Source: Phyllosticta citribraziliensis (lineage: Eukaryota). Taken from it: DNA of 64,000 bases. The notes beneath the pieces are model-generated. The model was given only the letters and a program-made list of their open reading frames with translations, was not told where the DNA came from and made no database searches. Positions 21,828-32,067 of the stretch are shown piece after piece. How positions within the stretch are numbered: position 1 is the first letter of the stretch; each line of letters starts with the position of its first letter. The stretch is taken from positions 310,001-374,000 of the forward strand of contig NW_027117351.1 in the NCBI RefSeq assembly GCF_038025025.1, written 5' to 3'. Position numbers and translations under genes: made by a program.

Positions 21828-24800
21828 TCATCGCTTCTTGCCCTTCGTCTTCTTGTTCTTCTTCGGCGGCTCCTCGCTGTGCAGGTGGCCCAGCTCGTCC
21901 ACGGCGTAGCTGTTCTCCCACCGCAAGCACCAATACCTCGACGCGTCGTTCTCCGCGTGCGTCGCCTTTTGCCGCGTCTTGATTTTCTTGTCTTCATCGC
22001 CTTCGGCCAGCTTTTGGGCCTCCATGTCTTCCATGTGCGCCCTCCAGTTGACCATGTACTCGACAATCTGATCCTGCCAGGCGGTGAGCTCCTTTTTGAG
22101 CTTGAGCTCGCGGCTGCCTCGGTCGTCGAGCCACTCGAGAAGCTTCTGCACGTCCTCTGGGTCGTCGTAGTAGCCCCACTGGTCCGCACTGGAGAGCCGG
22201 ACCCGCCCCTCTTCCTCTTCGCGCCGCTGCGCCATGGTAATGCCAAGCTCAGACTCACGCCTGCTCCTTGCCTCTTCTTCCGGTGACTCCTCCTCAATCA
22301 AGCCCTTGCTGAGTTCCGGGGGTCCTTGGATCCAGAGACGGCCGCTGACGTAGTTGTATTCGGCGGTAGAGCTCGTGGGCAGGCCGCCCAGTGGCATTCC
22401 CCATCGCTCAAGCCACCAGTATTGGTAGCAGAATCTGTCAGAACCCAGCGGGCGCAGCTGTTGACACTGGTTCTCCCGAAGCTCCTCGTCGTACTTTTTG
22501 ATTTCGTTTTCGCACGCCTTGATAGCAGCGGCAGTCTTTTCAATCTCGTTGAGGAGCATGCGGAATTTGGCCCTTTCAGCTTCTTCCTTCTCCCGCTTCT
22601 CGCGCTCTAGACGCGTCTGTTCGTCTTCGACAAATTTTCGCTTGCGAGCATTGGACTTGCGCAGCTTGCGCCCGCGGTTCGGACTTGCGTCTTCTTTCTC
22701 GTCCTCCCCATTCGCGTCAGGATCAGTGATTCCGGACATGCTGACGTCGCCATTGGCTTCGGGCTGCGGCGAATGGGATGGTTGCTTGCCCTGCTCAATC
22801 TTTCTTTGTTGCTCGAGACCAGCCATCTTCTTGAGCCTGAATTTCATTCTGTTAGCAAAATGGCGATTGGATAAGGATATACTTACAGCTCCTTTCTTTC
22901 CCTCTGCTGCACAATCTTCTGGTTGCGAATGACTGTCATGTTCGCATTGCAGTTTACCATGTATTCGCGGAGGGGTTCAGTGGCAAGGGTGTAGCTTTTG
23001 AGTGTGTCGAGAATGGCGATGCGGAGGTTGATGTCCAAGCTGTTGTACTGCTCCCGCACCGTCTCAAGCTCAGGCTCCATGTCCGAAGGAACGAGGTGCG
23101 CAAGGATCTCGTCGCAAGTGGGCCTCTTGGACGAGGTCTTTGGTATTTGCTTGAGCACGCCAACGACAATCGCCTGCCACTTGCCCTCTTGGAAATCCCG
23201 GCGGGCGAGATGGTCCTTCCAGTCGAAATCCGACAAAAGTTCCGAAGCGCGGTTGGTGTGGCGTGGCGGGACCGGCTTGGTGGGAGTAGTCTCGACATCT
23301 TTGCTGCTGACCTTACTTCGTGTGCGCCTGGCAGGGGGGGTCTCGGACCGAGCTGGACTGGGCGACCTGCTGCTCTGGCTTTCTGCTCTAGATGAACCGC
23401 CGTCCCATTCGGAGAAGTTTTCGCTGTGCACGAGAATCTCGCCCTGATCGTCGACGAGCAGTTTCAGCAGTGCACAGTGAATCTCGGTGAGGAGTTGGCA
23501 GTCGTAGGCATCCCCGGGATAAGCCAAAGCTTCGATGAAGTCGTCGAGAGTAAACGAATCGAGAATGTACACTTCGGCGTGGACATTCAGCGTCTGCCAA
23601 ACCGACAACATTGGTCCTACACTCTTCATCTGGATGCCCAGGTCCTCCTTGGGTGGCTGCGCGTCTTTGGGAATGTCGTTCGCCAAGAATTTGGGTGGAG
23701 GTCTAATTACGCCGTTCAGACGCATCGGGACCTCCGTATCCTCAATGGGATACTTGATAGACGGAAGCCGCCGTATGACCTGTAGGGGGGGCGGTCTTGG
23801 CGGAGCCATACGGTTGGGTGCTGGCATGGATTGGCCGTTCGGTGGCGCCGGGACAGGGACGATGGGGACACCACCCATGGGAGAGCCGAAGTTGGCATTC
23901 GGCGGTTGCGCTTGAAAAGGCGGTGGTCCAGTGCCTCCCGGGGGTGGTCGAAACGGGACTTGCGGTTGAGGTTGGATGATTGTGTTGTGGAACGCAAACT
24001 GTTGGGGGGGCTGTTTGTGCAGGATGTTGTCTGGGCCGCTGTAGTAGTTGTAGAAGGTTGTGGGCTGTTCTGTCTTGACAGTCTTTTTGGCCTCGGCGAT
24101 ACCCTGAGGAGTGAGGCTCCAAGGGACCTCCTTTGGCAGGCGGAATTCTGCCACCAATTCAGGCTTCACCTGCCACGGCGCGCCCTTGTAATTTTCAGAG
24201 AACGCAATGTTGCGGATGAAGCTGCGCAGGATTGATCGCGAGTAACTTCTCCGATCGCGCCATAGCTTTTTGCTGTCGAGAAGCGCGTCGGTGTTGCGGC
24301 CGTTCTCCTCCTTCACGGTAACAAAGTATCGAGACATGGGTTTGATCTTGCTCGGAGAGATTCCAGAGTCCGCAGATGGCGCAAAGGTGACTTTATCACG
24401 GACGATGCCCGGCAAGCGCTGTTCGGAATCCTCGTCGAGTTTGGCATTGACATGCTCGCCAGGGTAAAAGTCTTCCTTCAATTCCTACAATGACTTAGTA
24501 TTGTCCTGTGCCAGCGTGAGGTTAAACCTACGGCATAGATCCTAGTCACTTTGGACGAAAGTTAGCAGCTGGCGTGGTGCCTGCCATTCATGACATTTGA
24601 CATACCAAGTTCTTCAAGTCTGGGAACAGTCGAGTGATGGACCTTACGGCAGACGTGGTACCGCAGCGGCTTGGGAAATATGCTTCGAATCTCGCGCGCG
24701 TCCTCATCCTGAATTCGTCAGTGTGCGGACGAGACGACCAGCCTGGCGCATACATACCTCTGCCTCGAGAGCATCGAAAAAGGACAGGTTACCCTGGCCG

Positions 24801-25204
24801 GTGATTTGATTGGTGAAATGCTTCTGCTCCAAGTCAGTCTTGCGCCGGCGACATGCGGTGAATGCGGCAAACTCGCCTTTCTGTAAAAGTCTAACCTGCT
24901 ACGCGTTAGCAATGGTACCCATTAGATTTTGGAGGTGAAAGAGGGCGCACCTATGGGCGTATTTTTCATATTCGACAAAGACCTCGCCCGTCTGTCTTAT
25001 CATCCACACCTGGAACCACGTCAATACCAGCCCGAATATGCCGTGTTTTCGCAGAAGCAAGCTCGCCGTACCTGTGTGTTCTCGTCGGAAATGTGCGGGT
25101 CCGCGACATACTGGACGGGCGACCTCTTGTAAAAAACCTTGACCGATTAGCAAAGCTCGACCGCGGCGGCAGCGTACGCGGGAGGGGAGAGATGTGCTCA
25201 CCAT
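21828..25204 (-). CDS. ITC1: ISW2 chromatin remodelling complex subunit Itc1 (WAC, DDT, WHIM/WSD domains)
   Basis: Multi-exon. WAC domain MVFYKRSPVQY...VWMIRQTGEVFVEYEKYAHRLDFYRKKHFTNQITG, DDT domain IKYPIED...LSVWQTLNVHAEVYILDSFTLDDFIEAL, and WSD LGSDRFCYQYWW...WGYYDDPEDVQKLLEWL..RGSRE. Confidence 0.93.
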
Positions 25205-26193
25205 GATAGGCGGAGCCGTTCGTCCTGGCACTGCGGTGGGCAGCGGCAGGTTGAGCTGGCTCTGGGTAGACGAGTGTGGGCCAGGGCCCAGTCTGTCCTT
25301 GTATTTCTACCCTCTTCAGCCCTACGAGAAGCTGTCCGCAAGACGGAGTTAAGCGCGGCGGTACAGCTTGAGCGTCGAGAAGCAGTGGTTGGCGAGGAAT
25401 TGAAATGGCGCGGTCGATGGGGGTTGGTCCTGGAGGGACGGCGACGGTCGAGGTAGGCGGCAGCTCGCGGAGCGACCAGGCGGAGGGTGGGTGGGGAGGT
25501 TGTGGTGGTTGTGGGCGGAAAGCGTGTGGGAGCGGGCAATCTATAATTCGTAGAACGCGTCGAGTGGGCGCAGACGCGTAGCTCGTGGCGTTTGTGGGGA
25601 GCGACAAATGGTGAGGCGGGCGTGGTGGTGGTGGTGGTGTTGTGCGCGGCAGAGGCAGAACGTGGAGATCGCCTGGGAGGAAAAGGTAGAAGCTCTGAAG
25701 GTAGAGGAGACAAGGTAGGTGGGTGCTGTTCCTCACGCTATGCTGCTCTGCGGAAAGGTTCTTGGCGCTGCCCCCTGCTGGCACACCTGCAGTACCCTTC
25801 ACCATCCCAATCCACCTTGTCGCCTCCGACACCCCATCCACCTCCCACAACGGCCGTGTTTGGGCTCATTCGAATCCTCCCTACGAGGCCGTCTCAACAG
25901 TACCATGTTCGCATCATTCCAATTCCATCTTCTCCAGTCCCTGTCCGACATGTCAAACCCTGGACCATCGATATCCCCGAATAGGGTCCGAAGTCTGTGT
26001 GCTTCGCTACGTCTCCCGCCGCCACCGCTCTGCCATGTCTGCAATGTGCTCTCCAGCGACATGACGTGCCTCCTGACCCGCGGAGACGAGATAAAAATAA
26101 TGTTCCTGATTTCCATCCCCGTTTTTCGAGCATTTCCAAGCTGATGCTTGGCGGCGCAGCGGGTGTAGAAAGAGATGGGACACCCTGGGTCTA

Positions 26194-26325
26194 GCTGCAG
26201 CAGCGCATGAATGCTTCCTAAGCGCAACTGTAGCAGTGAATGGATGCTCCCTAAGCGTGACTATAAAAGCAGATTATGGCTCCTAAATAATAGCTGTAGC
26301 AGTGAACGAATGCTCCCTAATCGCA
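26194..26325 (+). repeat. 33-nt minisatellite, four degenerate units
   Basis: Units start at 26194, 26227, 26260 and 26293; consensus about RCTGTAGCAGTGAAYGRATGCTCCCTAAGCGCA; unit 3 is the most decayed. Confidence 0.85.
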
Positions 26326-27790
26326 TTCATTTTGCTAGGAAGTCTTATTTCTTTCGACACCCATTGTGGCGGCTTGTCCAACTGCCAGTGGGATGCTTTT
26401 GCTGCTAAAAACCATGGCGCACACCTCAGGCTTCTCAGACATCCTCCTGGAGGACTGTAATACCCATTACATCTCCATTTCCTTGGGATTGGATAAATCC
26501 CACTACTACACCGTGAGAGGGTTGACCTATTTAATCAACAACAACGCTACTCCCTTTGACCCCATTTTCCTTTTTATACGCGCCGTGACCCATGGCAAGA
26601 GCCTTGAATCGAGATGATTGACACCATCAAGCTCGCATGCTCCAGGATCAAGGAGATACCTCAGCACCGAACGCCATCCACGACAGGTGCCGGCCGGCAA
26701 TCTCCCACCTGCTGTCCAACTCATCGACATAGGGAAACCCATCTCACGAATCAAACACACGGCACGCAAGTACCAAAAGTATCCAGTCACGTTGTACGCT
26801 CCATTACTATTCTCGAATCTTGACATTTGCCCCCCTCCACCTCCTCCATCACTTTTTTTTCCTTTTCTCCCCATCTTTCCTCTCCCATTTCCCCGACTCT
26901 CATTGATGGGGGTTTCTTTCTCTGCCCTTTCGACCAGACTCGATCGAACTCAGTGTATCGTCATCCCCGCATCCCCGCAACCCCAGAGGAAACACAACCA
27001 AATTGGGCGGAGCCCTTGGCCTTGCACTTTGCTAGCAATCTCCTTTTTGCTCCTGTGCTCCGTAACCAAACCCTAAGCACGGCACCCTGGCTATTAAGTC
27101 CATCATGTCTCCCCCTCCCCCCACGCATGCATACAATCTGAGTATCTCAATCACACAAGAGAGAAGAGAAAGGAAGAAGAGACAAGGAAAAGGTAAAGCG
27201 AGAAGGGAAAGAGGCAAAGCAAGTCAAAAAGAAAAAGAAAGGCAAAGCAAGAATTAAGGTGCAGTCTCAAAATCTCTCGTGCGCGGGGGTGTAAAATCAG
27301 AAAAAAGGGGGGTATGGTTTGGAAGTGTAAGTTCCGTCACTGGATTCCAGCAACCAACCAAAAAAAGACGTGATTGAAATGAGATTGCGATTCGACAAAT
27401 TTCAAAAGAGAAAAGAAGATGAGCGAACGTCGTAACACGCAGATACCCTACATTCATCCAGCACGAAACATGAAAACCCCGTCGCGTGCAGTGCGTCGCC
27501 AGTAATACAAAAGGGTGTGGGTAGTACATATCGTATCTACGCACCGGCGCAACTAGCAGCTACGCGATGCTTTGACACGGGGATGAGTGAAGCGACGAAG
27601 TGTGAGAAACTATCCACAGTAAGAAGGAAACGGAGTCCGACGATACGAGCCCCAAACGTGGAGGTAAATGGCAATAAATCAAAGAAAAAAAAAAGAAAAA
27701 GATGAAGAAATGGTTCGATGTGGACGGCCGTCAGCCGAACACGTGCCATCAGCCGGGACCGATTGAGCAAAGGAGCCGACCCGGAGCGTC

Positions 27791-30322
27791 TTACTGCGCG
27801 CCAGCTTCCTCTTCCGCCCAGCCGGGCAGCCCGCCGTGCTGATCCTGGATGGCAAGACCGAATCCGTTGCCGGCGCCGAAACCGCCAAGACCGCTAGACA
27901 GGCTGCCAAAATTCTGGTTCTGCGCCTGGCTCGTGGCGGCACTGCTGCTGCTCGGCTGACCAAAGGGGCCTTGCGAAAACACTGGCAGACTGACTGCGCG
28001 AGCGTGCTGCGCGCTCCTCGTTCCCAGGTTGGTCGGGGCGAGAAGGCCGCCAATCGTAGTAGAACCAGAGTTGGAGTTGGACACCGAGTTGCCGTTGGTC
28101 AAGCTAAAGGAGCTGCTGGGACCGTGGTGCGAGTGTGCCGGGCCGGCGTTGGCATTGTCGGCGGCGTAGAAAGCGGCCTGCGGGCTGGGGAATTGACTCT
28201 GCGAGCTTTGCGATTGGTGCGACTGCTGGGCGCTCGAAAAGGGATCCAGGCTCTGCTGCGACTGGTGGTACTGTTGCTGCTGAGCTTGCTGCTGGGCCTG
28301 CTGTTGCTGCTGCTGTTGCTGCTGCTGGGCCTGCAAGTACATGATCAGGGGGTTGTTTTGGTTCTGGTAAAGAATGTTTGCAGGGGCGGGCGCCTGCAAC
28401 GCATTGAAGCCGCTGTTTGACGTGCCTGAACCGGTGGGCGAAATGTTTTGGGCCCTGTTAGGACCCATGCCGTTCAACGGAGATGGGGAGCTCAGGTTCT
28501 CCTGTCCGCCATTTTGCTGGGCCTGCTGGCTCAAATTTGCTAGCTGGCGCGGCTGGTTCCCGCAGCGATCTTTGCCAAAGTTGATCTTGAACCTCTTGTA
28601 CTCGTCCTTCTGACGAACGGCCTCGATTGCCTTGATGGCGTTTGCAATGTTGGTAAAGTTGACAAACGCGCAGCTCTTTTCGCGCAGCGTGTTGACCAGT
28701 TCAATCTCGCCGTATTCGGAAAAGTCCTGGCGCAGGCGTTCCTCGGTCCACGACTCATCCAGGTTGCCAATGTAGACGTTGCGCGAGGCACCGCCGCTGA
28801 CGGCGAGAGCAATCGCGGGTGGCAGGGCTCCAGAGTGCTTTCCCCATCCAATCTTGAGGCGCCTGTTGTGGATCATCAATCCCTGGAGATTGCTGAGCGC
28901 GTAAAACGAAGCAGCCGAGGTCGGATCGATGAAGGTGACGAAGCAAATGTGCTTGTCGGGAATGTAACGGATATGATGCAGGAGTCCGCCCCTGACAACG
29001 TTGCAGATTTCCTCGATGGTCGTCTCAGGGTGAATGTTGCCAAGGTAAACGGTCCTGTTTCCGAGGTTGTTGGGTCCGCCAGCGGATGTAGCGACGGCGG
29101 CCGCAGCGACAGACTGCTGCGCCAATGCGTTCGAAATCAAATCCCTGTCGGCGCCGTTGAGGACATGGGCGTACCCAGGAGCAATGCCAAGGTACTGGGC
29201 CGCGTTTTGCTGTTGCGTCTTCGAGACGTACGCGCAACGGTCTTTGCCATAGTAGACGCGGCGCGGAGGCTGCCACTTGGGCTCCTGGGGGAGTTGTGCG
29301 ACGGCCTTGATGGCGTTGCCGATGGAGAGAAAGTGGACAAAGGCAATGGCCTTTTCGCGCACGATCTTGACCGTGTCAATGGGCCCAAACTTGCCCAAGT
29401 CTTCGCGCAGCTCTTCCTCGGAAATATCTTCGGGCAGATTGCCCAGGTACACGTTCCTCGAGGCACCCGACTGCTGAACGGCGAGGGCGACCGACGTCGG
29501 CACCTGCGACGGCTTGCCCCAGCCAATCTTGATATCCTGGCCCCTGATGGACAACTTTTTCAAGATTGCATCAGAGTGGAAGTGAGTGGCAGAGCTGCTG
29601 TCGAGAAACGAGATGAAGGCGCAGTTCTTGTCGGGCAAAAGCCTGACCGACTCGATCTGCCCGCTCCTGACGTGGCCAAGAATCTCCTCGGCAGTCGTCT
29701 CTGGAGGAATGTTTCCCAGGTATACCGTCCTGCTCGTGCCAGAGACCAGCCCCGGGGCCATGTGCATCTGCGCACCCAGACCACCCAGACTCTGGTTTGC
29801 GAGGCTCGGGTATGCCGTGGGAGGGGATTGCGGGCCGGCGAAGAAGGAAGGGGGGCTGATGCCGGTGGGCGACATGATGCTCTGGTACAGCTGCGGCGAC
29901 ATGGGCTGCTGGATCGGGCTGCCAATCTGAGGTTGCTGGTGCTGCTGCTGCTGGGCGCCATTGGTCTGGAAGCTTGAAAAGTTTTGGAACTGTGGAGAGC
30001 CAAAGGCGTTGGGGGAGCCGGGCTGGAAAGGGGAGCCCAGAAGCAGCTGCGAGGGCAGCAGCGGCGTAAAGTTCATGTCGAAGGCGGTACCTGGAGTCTG
30101 CATGTCGGGGCCCGTCTGGTTGATGGAACCTATTCTGCTCGTCGAGATGGAGGGCAGGTTCCTCTGAGGATGGCGATCGCCGTAGCCAGAGATGGAGGGC
30201 TGGTTCGAATGGAAGGCACCGTGCGAGAAGCCGGTCGAGTCGCCGCCGTTAAGGGAGGTTTTTGAGAAGGAGCTCAGGCGGGAGGCGCTGGGGCCGGTGG
30301 GGGTGGAGTCGGAGGGCTGCAT
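27791..30322 (-). CDS. MRN1: Four-RRM RNA-binding protein Nrd1 (S. pombe)/Mrn1 (S. cerevisiae) family
   Basis: Single coding exon with four RRMs (SRTVYLGN, SRNVYLGN, NRTVYLGN, SRNVYIGN; KIGWGK, YYGKDRC, INFGKDRC) and a Q-rich low-complexity tail. First in-frame ATG is at 30322. Confidence 0.95.
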   Translation of the reverse strand: MQPSDSTPTGPSASRLSSFSKTSLNGGDSTGFSHGAFHSNQPSISGYGDRHPQRNLPSISTSRIGSINQTGPDMQTPGTAFDMNFTPLLPSQLLLGSPFQPGSPNAFGSPQFQNFSSFQTNGAQQQQHQQPQIGSPIQQPMSPQLYQSIMSPTGISPPSFFAGPQSPPTAYPSLANQSLGGLGAQMHMAPGLVSGTSRTVYLGNIPPETTAEEILGHVRSGQIESVRLLPDKNCAFISFLDSSSATHFHSDAILKKLSIRGQDIKIGWGKPSQVPTSVALAVQQSGASRNVYLGNLPEDISEEELREDLGKFGPIDTVKIVREKAIAFVHFLSIGNAIKAVAQLPQEPKWQPPRRVYYGKDRCAYVSKTQQQNAAQYLGIAPGYAHVLNGADRDLISNALAQQSVAAAAVATSAGGPNNLGNRTVYLGNIHPETTIEEICNVVRGGLLHHIRYIPDKHICFVTFIDPTSAASFYALSNLQGLMIHNRRLKIGWGKHSGALPPAIALAVSGGASRNVYIGNLDESWTEERLRQDFSEYGEIELVNTLREKSCAFVNFTNIANAIKAIEAVRQKDEYKRFKINFGKDRCGNQPRQLANLSQQAQQNGGQENLSSPSPLNGMGPNRAQNISPTGSGTSNSGFNALQAPAPANILYQNQNNPLIMYLQAQQQQQQQQQQAQQQAQQQQYHQSQQSLDPFSSAQQSHQSQSSQSQFPSPQAAFYAADNANAGPAHSHHGPSSSFSLTNGNSVSNSNSGSTTIGGLLAPTNLGTRSAQHARAVSLPVFSQGPFGQPSSSSAATSQAQNQNFGSLSSGLGGFGAGNGFGLAIQDQHGGLPGWAEEEAGAQ

Positions 30323-30491
30323 GGCCAGCAAGTGTGGTGGCAGGACAAAGCCGTCCCGCGCACTGGTAGAGAGAACAGCCGTGATGGAGTATTACAGCGT
30401 CCGGTGCCTTTCGTACCGGACCAGAGCAAATATTAGAGGAGCGCACGGGGCGGTCGAGGGTCGCAGGGAATTACAGTGGGATCGAGGCGGG

Positions 30492-30568
30492 CTGGAAAGC
30501 AGACGTTAGCCACGAGTGCGACAGGCGGCGGATATGAGATCTGCAGGACAGGGGCGGAGAGGACGTAC
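30492..30568 (-). other. Probable 5' UTR intron of the Nrd1/Mrn1 gene
   Basis: GTACGT donor (30568), GCTAAC branch site, TTTCCAG acceptor (30492); 77 nt. Confidence 0.6.
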
Positions 30569-31174
30569 TCGTTACAGAGGGGGGCGCGCGCGCAGGAGAC
30601 GAACAGGTCAACCAAAGCGCCGGGCGGGGATTACGATAGCGAGCGTCGCGGTGTTGGCAGGGCGGAGACAGAGATTTTGGCCGGTGGGGAGGAGAAGGAG
30701 AGGAGTTGGACAGAAGACGAGAAGTCTTGGACGGGGAGGGAGATGAGGGCGAGTCAGCTGGCGGTGTGAAAGGCCAGAGTAGTGGTAGGCAGAGTCGCGG
30801 GCCCCTTTTCCTATTATTTGCGGAGCACGAGGGCACGAGGGCAACGAGCGTGGGCGTCGCAAGGGTGTCGAGGCGGGCTTCTTGACTTCTGGCGAGAGGG
30901 CGGGCAGATTGATCAATATGTGGAGTTGGAATGCGGCCGAGGAAGAAGCGTGGTCGGACAAACTGCGAGGAGGGATGTTGAACGAGCGACGGTCAAGCGA
31001 ATGACGGTGGTATTGACTTGAGCGAAAGACGCAGCGGCGAGCAAGGGACAGACTGGGGACAAAACGATGGACGATGGGCGATGGACGAAGGGGGGGGATG
31101 GGGGATGGAGGAGGAGGAAGCGGGTGGTGAGGTGGTGGTGAGAGGAAGAGCAGCGGGCGACGTGTGGGGAGAAA

Positions 31175-31320
31175 AGACGACAGGACAGGACAGGACAGGC
31201 AGGCAGGCAGGCAGGCAGGACAGGAAGGGTCAAGCCCAGAGGCGGCTCTGGGATGGCAGCCCAGGCTAGCGGTGCTGCAGCGGCGGCGGCGGCGGTGGTG
31301 GTGGTGGTGGTGGTGGCTGC
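31175..31320. repeat. Compound microsatellite (GACAG)n/(GGCA)n/(GGC)n(GGT)n
   Basis: Direct read in the divergent region between MRN1 and ALG8. Confidence 0.85.
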
Positions 31321-31760
31321 TAGTTTGGTTTGGCCGTCCGGGGACAGGGCAGGACGGGAGGCACCAGGCAGGGTTCTCAAATGAGCCTGCCAGTCTGCAC
31401 TGCACAGCACAGCACAGCTTCACTTGACTTGACTCTCTCAGCATCTCGGTCGGGTTGCATTCTGGATACATGTACCTCAGCAGGTCAAATACCATCTCAT
31501 TGCCTACGACCACCCACGGCCGTTTGTTGCTGTCTCGTCGCGGTGGTGTGGTGCATGATGGCCTGCCAACTGGAACCCTGCCCTGCCCTGCCCTGCCTGG
31601 GCTGGCGCCGCTGTTCCTGGAGCTAGGCCGTTTCGGGCACCATCACACATGTAGTCATAGGGGTCGAATGGAAAACTTTCCGACGGCATCCTTGCTCCTT
31701 GCTCCCGGCCTTGGTGCACTGCCATCGGATGGTCTGCAAATGAGCCACTCTTCGCGACGC

Positions 31761-31822
31761 CCCATCCCCATCCCCATCCCCATCTCCATCTCCATCCATC
31801 TCCATCTCCATCTCCATCTCCA
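31761..31822. repeat. (CCCATC)/(TCCATC) hexanucleotide microsatellite
   Basis: Direct read. Confidence 0.85.
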
Positions 31823-32067
31823 CTCCCGCCCTGTCCCTGTCCGCCTCCCGCCGTCCACTCAACTCCTGCACTGTCGACCGAGTCTCAGCATGTGTGCAGC
31901 CATGTAAATTCATCTCGACAAAAAGTCCCACGCAACGACTCCCGGCCCAGCCAGCCCTGCGCTTCCGCGGCGCTTCCAATTTTGGACGCACGTGACCCGC
32001 CCAGCCTCACCCCTGGCCGAAACCCTCCCGGACCACCTCACCTCGACTCCGCTGCATGTCCTGCAAA

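Noticed and set aside
26161..26194. GGGTGT...ACACCC hairpin followed by CTAG as a Helitron 3' end
   Set aside because: The spacing is short, the base after CTAG is C rather than T, and similarity to the 56.4-kb copy continues past the CTAG.
26194..26325. 33-nt repeats as a CRISPR array
   Set aside because: The units are directly adjacent with no unique spacers, they are degenerate, there are no cas genes, and the genome is eukaryotic.
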